Positions 49,538 through 58,182 of a stretch of DNA of 64,000 nucleotides are shown piece after piece. Numbering within the stretch: position 1 is the first letter of the stretch; every line of letters begins with the position of its first letter. The translations under genes were made by a program, and so were the position numbers. The stretch is from contig CALXEX010000002.1 of NCBI GenBank assembly GCA_944387445.1, positions 28,290 through 92,289 on the forward strand, read 5' to 3'. The DNA is from an uncultured Clostridia bacterium (lineage in GTDB: Bacteria > Bacillota > Clostridia > TANB77 > CAG-508). The notes below the pieces were generated by a model. That model ran no database searches. It was given only the letters and a program-made list of their open reading frames with translations, and was not told the DNA's origin.

Positions 49538-49603
49538 TCCTTCCTAAAGCTTAAACCTAGATTGGAAAAGAATTAAATTTTCAACCCTTATCTTCCAATT
49601 TCA

Positions 49604-50929
49604 TTATAGGATTCTTCTTGCACCTACATAATTATTATTATAATATCCTGTGCTTAAAGAATCAATTCTGACTCCTGTTGATGGAGTTGACGCGTGAATA
49701 ATTTGTCCTCCACCAATATATATTGCCACATGATTAATTCCAGATTTACCAAACATAACCAAGTCTCCTGGTTGTAAATTTGATCTACTTACTGCAACAC
49801 CATTACTATATTGTCCTGCAGCTGTTCTATTTAAAGATATTCCATATTGTTTAAATACATATGAAGTAAATCCTGAACAGTCAAATCCTGTACTTGGAGA
49901 ACTTCCTCCATAAGTATATTTATATCCTAAATATTTTTTAGCTGTTGCCACAATTGATGAACCATTACTAGATGATGGTACACTCGTCGCTTGCGCTGTT
50001 GTTGTTTGACTTTTTGTTTGACTTGTTGTATTTGTGGTTGTATTTGTACTACTTGTTCTTCTAGAAGTGCTTTGACCTCTGGATGTTTCTTGTTTACTGT
50101 TTGATAATAATGAAGTTGCTATATATCCTTCTTTATCATTTACTTTTACTTTACTCCATCCATTTTCTTCACTATACACTTGAACCTCTGTATTTAGTGA
50201 TACAGTTGTTACAATTGTGCTAGAAGTATTTGCTTCTTGTCTTACATTAACTGTTGTAGAATTTACATATTGTGTTTTGATTGGTGTTTCTTGTACTGGT
50301 CCTTGTTGTTCTTCTTGCACTTCTTCTACATTTTCTTCTACTGGTTCGTCTTTCTTTAATTTATCTTTTCTCAACCAACCTTTTGTTGTTTGTGTTTCTA
50401 CACATGCCCATCCATTTATGATTTCTGTAACAGTAACTGTTTCATCTGTTTTTAATTCTATCACATCTGTTGCATTAATAGATGGTATTAATTTTAGTTT
50501 TGTATTTTCTGAAATTTTGTATTCTCCTAAGGTTATTTCCTCTGTGTTAGTAGTTGTTTCTACATTTTCTTCTGTTGTGTTTTGTTCTTGTTGATTATTT
50601 TCTTCTGTGCTATTTTCATTTACTTGATTATTTTCATCTATAGACTCTGGATTTGAATTTACTGTAACCAGTTCTTTACTTACATATCCTGTAATTCTAT
50701 TATATGTAACTTGATACCAGTCACCTTCTTCTCCAATAATTTCTACTTCTTGATTCAAAGTAATTTGCTCCAAGATTGTACTTTCAGCATCTGCTGTCTC
50801 CCTTAAATTAGCAACATCTACATTAATTGTTCCAGTATTTGCTGCTAAGCTGATATTTATAAAAAGCAAGCTAGCTAATGATATAATTGCCATAACAAAA
50901 ATGCTTTTTATATTCATTTTACTTTTCAT
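49604..50929 (-). CDS. NlpC/P60 peptidoglycan endopeptidase with SH3b repeats
   Basis: Signal peptide, three SH3b-like repeats, an S/T-rich linker, and FDCSGFTSYVF with the catalytic Cys. Confidence 0.85.
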   Translation of the reverse strand: MKSKMNIKSIFVMAIISLASLLFINISLAANTGTINVDVANLRETADAESTILEQITLNQEVEIIGEEGDWYQVTYNRITGYVSKELVTVNSNPESIDENNQVNENSTEENNQQEQNTTEENVETTTNTEEITLGEYKISENTKLKLIPSINATDVIELKTDETVTVTEIINGWACVETQTTKGWLRKDKLKKDEPVEENVEEVQEEQQGPVQETPIKTQYVNSTTVNVRQEANTSSTIVTTVSLNTEVQVYSEENGWSKVKVNDKEGYIATSLLSNSKQETSRGQSTSRRTSSTNTTTNTTSQTKSQTTTAQATSVPSSSNGSSIVATAKKYLGYKYTYGGSSPSTGFDCSGFTSYVFKQYGISLNRTAAGQYSNGVAVSRSNLQPGDLVMFGKSGINHVAIYIGGGQIIHASTPSTGVRIDSLSTGYYNNNYVGARRIL

Positions 50930-51092
50930 TGTAATCCTTCTCCTTAAATATTTTATATTTTAAAAAAAGTAGTACCGAAATAGTATACTATAAATCTAAA
51001 AAAAAGTCAAATTTTTGACTTTTTTCTAGAATTTACCAATTCACAGCTCAACCCTTATTTATATAAAAGTAACATTCTGAAGTTTAAAACTC

Positions 51093-51425
51093 TCATACCA
51101 CTTGATTTTTTATCAATAACTTTACCATATTATAAATTAATTTTTGTTTTTCCAGATTACACTTGATAATTAATTCATATAAATCTTTATCCATATATCT
51201 TATTATATGATCCGTTTTTTCGTTTAGAACGTCATAAATGGAAATATTTAAGAAATCGCATATCTTGATAAATGTTTTTAATTCTATTTTCGTTTTTCCA
51301 TTTTCTAGTTTACTGATATAATTCATAGATAATCCTAAAAAATCTGCCATTTCTTTTTGCGTAATTTTATTTTCCATTCTTGTTGCTTGTATTCGTTTAC
51401 CAATATTAGCAAAATCCATATCCAT
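51093..51425 (-). CDS. XRE-family HTH transcriptional regulator
   Basis: ITQKEMADFLGLSMNYISKLENGK HTH motif. Confidence 0.8.
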   Translation of the reverse strand: MDMDFANIGKRIQATRMENKITQKEMADFLGLSMNYISKLENGKTKIELKTFIKICDFLNISIYDVLNEKTDHIIRYMDKDLYELIIKCNLEKQKLIYNMVKLLIKNQVV

Positions 51426-51510
51426 ATTATCACTTCTCCTTCATTGGTAAATATAACATTATGAGTTTCATTTGTCAATACATTTTTTTACATAATAGTA
51501 AAAATTAAGT

Positions 51511-51731
51511 TTTTTCTTCATCCTATGTGCCAGTCAGAGGTATTTCTAAACTATTTCATTACGAATGTGATTGGAAAGCATATTAGAAAATTTTATTTAA
51601 AATAAATGAAGGAACCCGAATCCTTTTGGGGAGTGTCATTTATTTTAAATTAGATTTTCTATATGCTTGTATTGAACCGAGTAATAAATAGTTTAGGAAT
51701 ACCTCTGACTGGCACATAGGATGAAGAAAAA
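51511..51731. repeat. Rod-like hairpin element, copy B
   Basis: ~50-bp outer arms unrelated to those of copy A. The inner core is nearly identical to copy A. Confidence 0.7.
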
Positions 51732-51736
51732 CTTCA

Positions 51737-52756
51737 CTAATTTTCCATACTTTTTAACGCATACGTATTATTAACAATTTTATCATAAGGTGCTGGATTT
51801 TCTAGTTCTCCAGCTAATGTCATAACTTCTTGAAGTCTATTAAAACTTTCCTCTTCTAATACAGGTGTTTCATTCCATGCATCAATATCTTTATATGTTT
51901 GTATTGCCTCTGTTAACATCTCAATTCCCGTGTCTGGGAAAAAGTCTTGTATAACTGTTGCAATTTCTTCTGCTGTATGTTCTTTTACCCATGTCTGCCC
52001 TTTATAAATCGCGTCTGTAAAGTTTTGAATAATCTCTTCATTTGCCTCAATATAACTTTTTTTAGCAAAATATGCTGTATATGGTATTTCTCCTGCCTCT
52101 TCTCCAACTGATGCCACAACATATCCTTTTCCCTCTTGCTCTGTTAAAGAAGCCGTTGGCTCAAATAAGGTCACATAGTCAGCATTTCCAGCTGTAAAAG
52201 CACCTGCCATTAAGTCAAATTTAATACTATCATCTAATACCACATCTGTTTCTGGATTGATTCCATTCTTTTTTAGTACATATTCTAATGTCATATATGG
52301 TACGCCACCTTTTCTTCCAGGAATAACGGTTTTACCCTTTAAATTTTCCCAGCTGAAGTCTTCTTCATTTGTTCTAGAAACTAATAATGACCCATCTTTT
52401 TTCGTTACTTGTGCAAATACTTCTGTATAATCTTCTTTTCCTTCATTATATACATATATAGATGCTTCTGGACCTGCAAATCCAATTTCTACTTGATTTG
52501 CTAATACACTTGTCATAACAGCATCTGCCCCTTGACCAGTAGATAATTCTATTTCTAGCCCTTTTTCTTCAAAGTATCCATTACTGATTGCTACATATTG
52601 TGGTGCATAAAAGACAGAACGGGTTACTTCACTAACATTGATGGTTTGTAAATTATTTTGACTGTTTCCTGTTTGACGTTTTATAACCACAACAACAATC
52701 ACAATTGCAATTACTAAGATTACGCATGCTAGCACAATTTTTCGTTTTTTACTCAT
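51737..52756 (-). CDS. ABC transporter substrate-binding lipoprotein (NMT1/THI5, sulfonate/nitrate/taurine type)
   Basis: N-terminal anchor and a typical NMT1-like sequence (YAPQYVAISNGYFEEKGLEIEL). Confidence 0.8.
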   Translation of the reverse strand: MSKKRKIVLACVILVIAIVIVVVVIKRQTGNSQNNLQTINVSEVTRSVFYAPQYVAISNGYFEEKGLEIELSTGQGADAVMTSVLANQVEIGFAGPEASIYVYNEGKEDYTEVFAQVTKKDGSLLVSRTNEEDFSWENLKGKTVIPGRKGGVPYMTLEYVLKKNGINPETDVVLDDSIKFDLMAGAFTAGNADYVTLFEPTASLTEQEGKGYVVASVGEEAGEIPYTAYFAKKSYIEANEEIIQNFTDAIYKGQTWVKEHTAEEIATVIQDFFPDTGIEMLTEAIQTYKDIDAWNETPVLEEESFNRLQEVMTLAGELENPAPYDKIVNNTYALKSMEN

Positions 52757-52883
52757 TTCACACCTCCTTGATTTTTCTCCTTATATTTTATGTTTCTTGT
52801 TGGAATGTGTGAAATGTTTCGTTTTTCTAAAAACCGTATATTGATTTGTTTTCGTTTATTTTGAATGTTATCACATTTCTATT

Positions 52884-53933
52884 TTATCTTCCTTCATCTC
52901 TTACCAAAGATTCTTGATTTTTTTTACGCTCTAATAAATCTCTTGCAAAATTTCTTCTATACGCATACATTTGTGTTCCAAAATTGATATATGCGCTAGG
53001 CAATCCTTCACAATCTTCTAAATATCTTTTTATATGTTCATCTGTGTTTTTACTTAATTGTTTTCTTAATATTTCTTCAGTCTCATGTGGATATGTCCTC
53101 ATTAAATATGTAAGCATATCTTTATATGTTGAGTGCTCCTTAGTTTCCCCTGGTACATGCATTATAGAAAAGAAAGTTTCTTCTGCTATATTTTCCATGT
53201 TTTCACTTCTTAGTGCTTTTTCTATAAAGTCTTGATTTTCATAAAGCCCTAACACTTTTTCATTATCATATAATGGATATAAATCGATATCTTGATTTGC
53301 TTTTATATGCATAGACCAATTTTCATCATGTCTATCATAGTTTCCATATAAACAATCATAAACTACCATTTCTATGATTCTTTTTCTAGTTTGTTCTACT
53401 TTGGATTGTATAAATTCTTCTGAATAATTTCCAGTAGTTCTATAAAAATCTTCTACTCTAAATGCAACAGCAGATAATACCAATTCTATATTATTATTTA
53501 TATCTGGTTTTTTTCTCTCATCTTTTATAATTTCTCTATATCTATCTTGGTTATTTTCTTCGAACCTTTCTATTGTAACTTTCCCTGCTTCTAATATATC
53601 ATTTTGATTCAATTGACTATAAATGATACCCCCATCTTTTTTTATTGGTGTTCCATGGTGTCTTTCTTTATGTATATTTGGATAATATTTACTAAGATGA
53701 GCTAACTCGGCTTTACAAGTGGGTATTCCTGCATTGTCAGCTAAAGCACTACCAATAACCTCTCCATAATGATTGCCACAAAAAACATCTTTATTTCCAG
53801 GTTCTTGCCTTTGTGGTTTAAACAAGCCTCTTTGAAATGTTTTAGTATCAATATACCATCTTTTTCCTTTTAGCATTCCTACTTTTTCAAAATAATGTGG
53901 TATAAAGCTGTCAATATTTCTAAATTTGAACAT
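52884..53933 (-). CDS. HipA-like Ser/Thr kinase lacking the N-subdomain (HipT-like), copy 2
   Basis: LFKPQRQE...GEVIGSALADNAGIP, catalytic loop GNYDRHDENWS and Mg-binding LYPLYDNE. Its start lies 1 nt after the stop of the upstream gene. Confidence 0.7.
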   Translation of the reverse strand: MFKFRNIDSFIPHYFEKVGMLKGKRWYIDTKTFQRGLFKPQRQEPGNKDVFCGNHYGEVIGSALADNAGIPTCKAELAHLSKYYPNIHKERHHGTPIKKDGGIIYSQLNQNDILEAGKVTIERFEENNQDRYREIIKDERKKPDINNNIELVLSAVAFRVEDFYRTTGNYSEEFIQSKVEQTRKRIIEMVVYDCLYGNYDRHDENWSMHIKANQDIDLYPLYDNEKVLGLYENQDFIEKALRSENMENIAEETFFSIMHVPGETKEHSTYKDMLTYLMRTYPHETEEILRKQLSKNTDEHIKRYLEDCEGLPSAYINFGTQMYAYRRNFARDLLERKKNQESLVRDEGR

Positions 53934-53934
53934 T

Positions 53935-54306
53935 TTATTTCTCCTCTTCTAATATATATTTATCTGTTACTAACATACCTTTTGTCTTTCTCAAATACTC
54001 AAACTCATCATACTCATCCATTTCTAACTCTTCTAATAATTCTTTTAACTCCTCTTTCGTATATTTTTCAATTTTGGGTAATCTTACTTTAAATATAGCA
54101 AATATTTCCGTACTTTCATAAATCTTATCTAAGTCGTAAAAGGGCAATAAAGCTTTTGAAATTGCTTTTTCTTGAATTGCTTTTTCTACATGTTTCCTAC
54201 TCATTTTAAAATAGTATTTTCCCTTTTCCTTATCTCTAAATAATGCACCTATTAAATATTTTTTATTTGTTCGATAATCTATCCATTTTAAATATAAATA
54301 CTCCAT
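53935..54306 (-). CDS. HipS-like mini-protein (resembles HipA N-subdomain 1)
   Basis: YLIGALFRDKEKGKYYFKM ... LPFYDLDKIYESTEIFAIFKVRLP ... YDEFEYLRKTKGMLVTDKY follows the Couple_hipA-type pattern. Confidence 0.5.
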   Translation of the reverse strand: MEYLYLKWIDYRTNKKYLIGALFRDKEKGKYYFKMSRKHVEKAIQEKAISKALLPFYDLDKIYESTEIFAIFKVRLPKIEKYTKEELKELLEELEMDEYDEFEYLRKTKGMLVTDKYILEEEK

Positions 54307-54321
54307 TTGTCCACCTCATTA

Positions 54322-55413
54322 TTATATTTCCATTCCCTCATGCTCTTTTCTGTCTTTAAATGCTTTTACGATATCTGCTATTTCTTGTTGTCTTTCTAAA
54401 AATATTTTTTTAGAAAATTGCTTATGTTCTTCAGATAATCCAGGGCATACTTCCAAAACTTCTTCTAAATGTGGAAAACTATATCTACCAATATCTTCTA
54501 ATGCATCCATTGTTTCATCCGCATAATTTTCTAATAAATACCTTAAAAACGTGGCTGGTGTTGTATTGCTGATTTGTCCTGGTATTCCCATATAAGATGT
54601 CAAACTTTTTTCCTTAAATTTTTCATATTCTTTTTCACTTGACAAATATTTTGTAACGTCATTTTTTTCTTCTTGCATACCTAAGATTTGCTCATTATCA
54701 AAAAGTGGATAAAAATCTATTTCATTTGTAAGTTGGTTAACTTTTACACCAAAATTTTCATCATTTCTATCTCTATTAGCAAACATCAAATCAAAGACAC
54801 ACATATCAAAAAAATGTTTTCTCATCTGAGGAATTTTATCACCTTGTCCATGTTGGGTATAATATTCTTCTAAAGTTTTTAATATGATTTCAATATTCAC
54901 ATAATTTAGTTGTGAGTTTGTTTTACCTCTTTCTGTCATTTCCTTATATTTTTTAGGATGTTCTTTTTTATAACTCTCAACAAGTTCAGCTAATGTTTTA
55001 AAATTTTCTTGTGGTTGAAGTTGATAATAACTTAAAACACCTTCTACACTTATTGTTTTACTACTATATTTATTTTTTATATCTATTTCCCCTAAATCGA
55101 CTTTACATACGTCTTTTCCTAATTGCTTTAAAATCAAATAAGCTATATATTCTGCATAATGGTTCGCATATTCTTTATTGTTTTTTAATTTAGAATTATA
55201 TCCACTTTTAGATTTAAACTCTCCTAATTTTAAGACTCCTGTTGGATCCTTATAGGTCATTGTCGCATGTACTTTTTCATTGCGTTGACTAACAGTCCTT
55301 CTTCCATAACTTGTAAAAAAATATCCATTTTTCGGATTTAATTTTTTCTGGACGCCTATTTGTTCATGTATTTCGTTTCTTACTTCTTTTAAACTTTTTA
55401 CTGGTAACAACAT
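54322..55413 (-). CDS. HipA-like Ser/Thr kinase lacking the N-subdomain (HipT-like), copy 1
   Basis: Catalytic loop FANRDRNDENFG (Asn in place of the usual His) and FYPLFDNE. 363 aa. Confidence 0.7.
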   Translation of the reverse strand: MLLPVKSLKEVRNEIHEQIGVQKKLNPKNGYFFTSYGRRTVSQRNEKVHATMTYKDPTGVLKLGEFKSKSGYNSKLKNNKEYANHYAEYIAYLILKQLGKDVCKVDLGEIDIKNKYSSKTISVEGVLSYYQLQPQENFKTLAELVESYKKEHPKKYKEMTERGKTNSQLNYVNIEIILKTLEEYYTQHGQGDKIPQMRKHFFDMCVFDLMFANRDRNDENFGVKVNQLTNEIDFYPLFDNEQILGMQEEKNDVTKYLSSEKEYEKFKEKSLTSYMGIPGQISNTTPATFLRYLLENYADETMDALEDIGRYSFPHLEEVLEVCPGLSEEHKQFSKKIFLERQQEIADIVKAFKDRKEHEGMEI

Positions 55414-55516
55414 ATTTACTCCTTTTCATATACTATATCTATTTTACCATAATTTATGGAAAAATCAAGTAATTGAGCTTTATTGTTTTATGTAAATTCA
55501 AATAATAAATATAGCA

Positions 55517-55551
55517 AATAAAAAACTACTAAAATAAATTAGTAGTTTTTT
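55517..55551 (-). terminator. Intrinsic terminator after the ABC permease gene
   Basis: AAAAACTACTAA-TTTATT-TTAGTAGTTTTT hairpin with a T-run on the minus strand. Confidence 0.6.
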
Positions 55552-55553
55552 GC

Positions 55554-56360
55554 TTACTGAAATTTTTTAGATTTCAATATCATTTTTTCTAATAATAAGA
55601 CTGCTAAATACATTAATCCTGCTACAATTCCAAGTATAATGACACTTGCCATAACTAGATCTAGTTTAAACACTTGCCCACCATATACAATTAAATATCC
55701 TAAACCTGCTTTTGATACTAAAAATTCTCCTGAGATGACGCCTACTAAGGATAGGCCAATGCTAACTTTTAAGGAATTGATAAAAGTAGAAATATTTGCA
55801 GGTATAACAATTTGGGTCAATACCTGGAATTTTGTCGCTTTAAACGTTTTTGCCATTTTGATTAGGTCTTTATCTGTTTTAATAAATCCATTTAAGTTTT
55901 CTAATATGGTAACTACCAATGAAATCGCAACTGCCATTACAATAATGGCTGGTGTTCCCGCTCCTACCCATATAATAATCACAGGTCCTAATGCTACTTT
56001 TGGTAAACTATTTAATACGACTAAATAGGGTTCTAGCACATCTGAAAGAAATTTAGACCACCATAACATAATAGCAATCATTGTTCCTAAAATGGTTCCT
56101 AGTAAAAATCCGACAACTGTTTCATATACCGTTACTTTGATATGCATCAACAAATCATTTGCCCCTAAGTTGGTTAGTGTTTCCCATATCCTACTTGGTT
56201 GACTCATGATAAAACTATCAATCACATTCATATCTGCTAATATTTCCCATATTGCTAAAAATCCAACTAATATTGCTACCTGTGTTGTTAATACCAGTAT
56301 TTTTCTTTTTCGATTATGTTTAATATATTCTTTTCTTTCCTGTGACAATAATTTATTCAT
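55554..56360 (-). CDS. ABC transporter permease
   Basis: Binding-protein-dependent transport permease profile. The ATG at 56360 overlaps the ATPase stop (ATGAATAA). Confidence 0.85.
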   Translation of the reverse strand: MNKLLSQERKEYIKHNRKRKILVLTTQVAILVGFLAIWEILADMNVIDSFIMSQPSRIWETLTNLGANDLLMHIKVTVYETVVGFLLGTILGTMIAIMLWWSKFLSDVLEPYLVVLNSLPKVALGPVIIIWVGAGTPAIIVMAVAISLVVTILENLNGFIKTDKDLIKMAKTFKATKFQVLTQIVIPANISTFINSLKVSIGLSLVGVISGEFLVSKAGLGYLIVYGGQVFKLDLVMASVIILGIVAGLMYLAVLLLEKMILKSKKFQ

Positions 56361-57120
56361 CAACGCCCAACTCCTTCCATAAAGTGTTAAAATACCCACT
56401 AAATTTGGGGCTTTCTCTTACATTGATAGGATTTCTATTTTCCATCTCAAAATCAATTGTATGAATATCTTTTACGCTTCCTGGTCTTTTGGTTAATACC
56501 ACCACTCTATCAGACATACTAATCGCTTCTGAAATATCATGTGTGACAATAATAGCTGTCATATTTTCTTTTCTTAAAATTGAATAAATATCATTTGTTA
56601 CCATGATTCTTGTTTGATAATCTAATGCTGAAAATGCTTCATCTAGCAATAAAATTTTAGGCTTTGTTGCTAATGTTCTAATTAAAGCTACTCTCTGCCT
56701 CATTCCTCCAGATAATTCAGATGGGTATTTATCTTTAAAATCATAAAGATTATATTTTTTCAATAGGTTCTCTACATATTTTTTACTGTTTTCATCTAGT
56801 TTTCCTTTTAATTCTAACCCGAATATGGTGTTACTCCATATATTTCTCCATTCTAATAAGCAATCTTTTTGTAACATATATCCTACTTCTTCTGAAATGC
56901 CTTCTACCTTCTTATTTTCTATGTAGATTTCTCCTTTTGTTTTTTCTTCTAATCCACTGATGATAGATAACAAAGTAGATTTTCCACATCCACTAGGTCC
57001 TATAATCGATACAAATTCTCCTTCTTTTACTCTAAAATGAATATTATCTAGTGCTAAAATTTCTCCTTCTTTACTTTGATACGTTTTACAAATATTCTTT
57101 ATCTCTAATATAGTTTTCAT
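56353..57120 (-). CDS. ABC transporter ATP-binding protein
   Basis: Walker A GPSGCGKST, signature LSGGMRQR and Walker B ILLLDE. Confidence 0.9.
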   Translation of the reverse strand: MKTILEIKNICKTYQSKEGEILALDNIHFRVKEGEFVSIIGPSGCGKSTLLSIISGLEEKTKGEIYIENKKVEGISEEVGYMLQKDCLLEWRNIWSNTIFGLELKGKLDENSKKYVENLLKKYNLYDFKDKYPSELSGGMRQRVALIRTLATKPKILLLDEAFSALDYQTRIMVTNDIYSILRKENMTAIIVTHDISEAISMSDRVVVLTKRPGSVKDIHTIDFEMENRNPINVRESPKFSGYFNTLWKELGVDE

Positions 57121-57173
57121 GTTGCTTCATTCCTTGTATACTTTATTTAGGTTTTTTAAGGTTTTACCCATAA

Positions 57174-57217
57174 ACCTTTATATCCTTTTATATCCTTTTA
57201 TATCCTTTTATATTTTT
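57174..57217. repeat. 10-bp tandem repeat (TATCCTTTTA x3 plus partial copies)
   Basis: Exact copies at 57181, 57191 and 57201, about 55-95 nt upstream of the ABC ATPase start. Confidence 0.8.
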
Positions 57218-57331
57218 CATGTATTTTGCCATTAATATATTTTATGTAAAATGAAAGAAGATGGTGTATCTATCACACTATTACAACTAACCCCTGAATA
57301 TATTCAGGGGTTAGTTGTAATGCATATTATT

Positions 57332-57964
57332 CTAATTTTCTAAATATATTAACTCTTCTAATATAGTATTTTTCATCTTAGGTTGTTTTAAAAATTGAAA
57401 TAAGTTTATTAAATTATATTTTAATTCCAATATATGATTATCATAAGTTGTCATCTGAAAACATTGCTTCATTGTTTTTCCATAATGATATGTATTTTCT
57501 TTAACATATATCACAATAGGAATGATACTTATATTTTTAATATTTTTTTGCTTACAATTTTGAATAACTTTTATACATTCCTGTAAAATTGAATATGGTA
57601 AATCTGCAGAAATTTTTTGCTGATACATAATCACATAAAATATTTGTTTATCTAAGTGTTTATATATGATTTTTATACCTTTTTTTCCTCTATAAAATTC
57701 TATGTATTTCAATTTTTCTTTTTCTATTTTCGCGTGGCAATCTGAAAAACACTTAAGAAAGAAACAAATTCTTTCTCTATCTTTAAATAGATATTCAATG
57801 ATATCCTTATATCGTGTTTCTAAATGGTTTCCTAGTAAAAGCCCATATGTTTCACTTTCTTCTTGAACATCTAAATAATCTTTTTGTTTGATATTATGAA
57901 TACACTGAATATAGTTCTTATATGTAAATTGATATATAACGTCTTTCACCTCCTTGTAAATCAA
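57332..57964 (-). CDS. Rpn/YhgA-like PD-(D/E)XK nuclease-family protein (divergent)
   Basis: IKIIYKHLDKQIFYVIMYQQKISADLPYSILQECIKV...IIPIVIYVKENTY mirrors the Rpn-family layout. Confidence 0.4.
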   Translation of the reverse strand: MIYKEVKDVIYQFTYKNYIQCIHNIKQKDYLDVQEESETYGLLLGNHLETRYKDIIEYLFKDRERICFFLKCFSDCHAKIEKEKLKYIEFYRGKKGIKIIYKHLDKQIFYVIMYQQKISADLPYSILQECIKVIQNCKQKNIKNISIIPIVIYVKENTYHYGKTMKQCFQMTTYDNHILELKYNLINLFQFLKQPKMKNTILEELIYLEN

Positions 57965-58182
57965 ATTTTGAAGTTACTTTTGGGATTTTTTTGATATTAA
58001 AATTTATGATAAAATTTAGACTAAAATATATAAATTAAATTATGTATATTAAATCACAAAAATGTAAAAAATACAAGTATTTTCTGTTTTTTCGTATGAT
58101 AAATATAATTTTCCAAACATTCGTTTGACTTTTTCTTTCAAATGTTATATAATATTTAAAAATAAACGAGGAAGTGATATTT

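Noticed and set aside
57174-57217. Possible CRISPR array
   Set aside because: The 10-bp units are directly abutting, with no spacers, and no cas genes are present. This is a simple tandem repeat.
57121-57331. Riboswitch (for example TPP) upstream of the NMT1/THI5-type ABC operon
   Set aside because: No thi-box (CUGAGA...ACCUGA) or other riboswitch core was found. Only the tandem repeat and a strong palindromic hairpin (57283-57320) are present.
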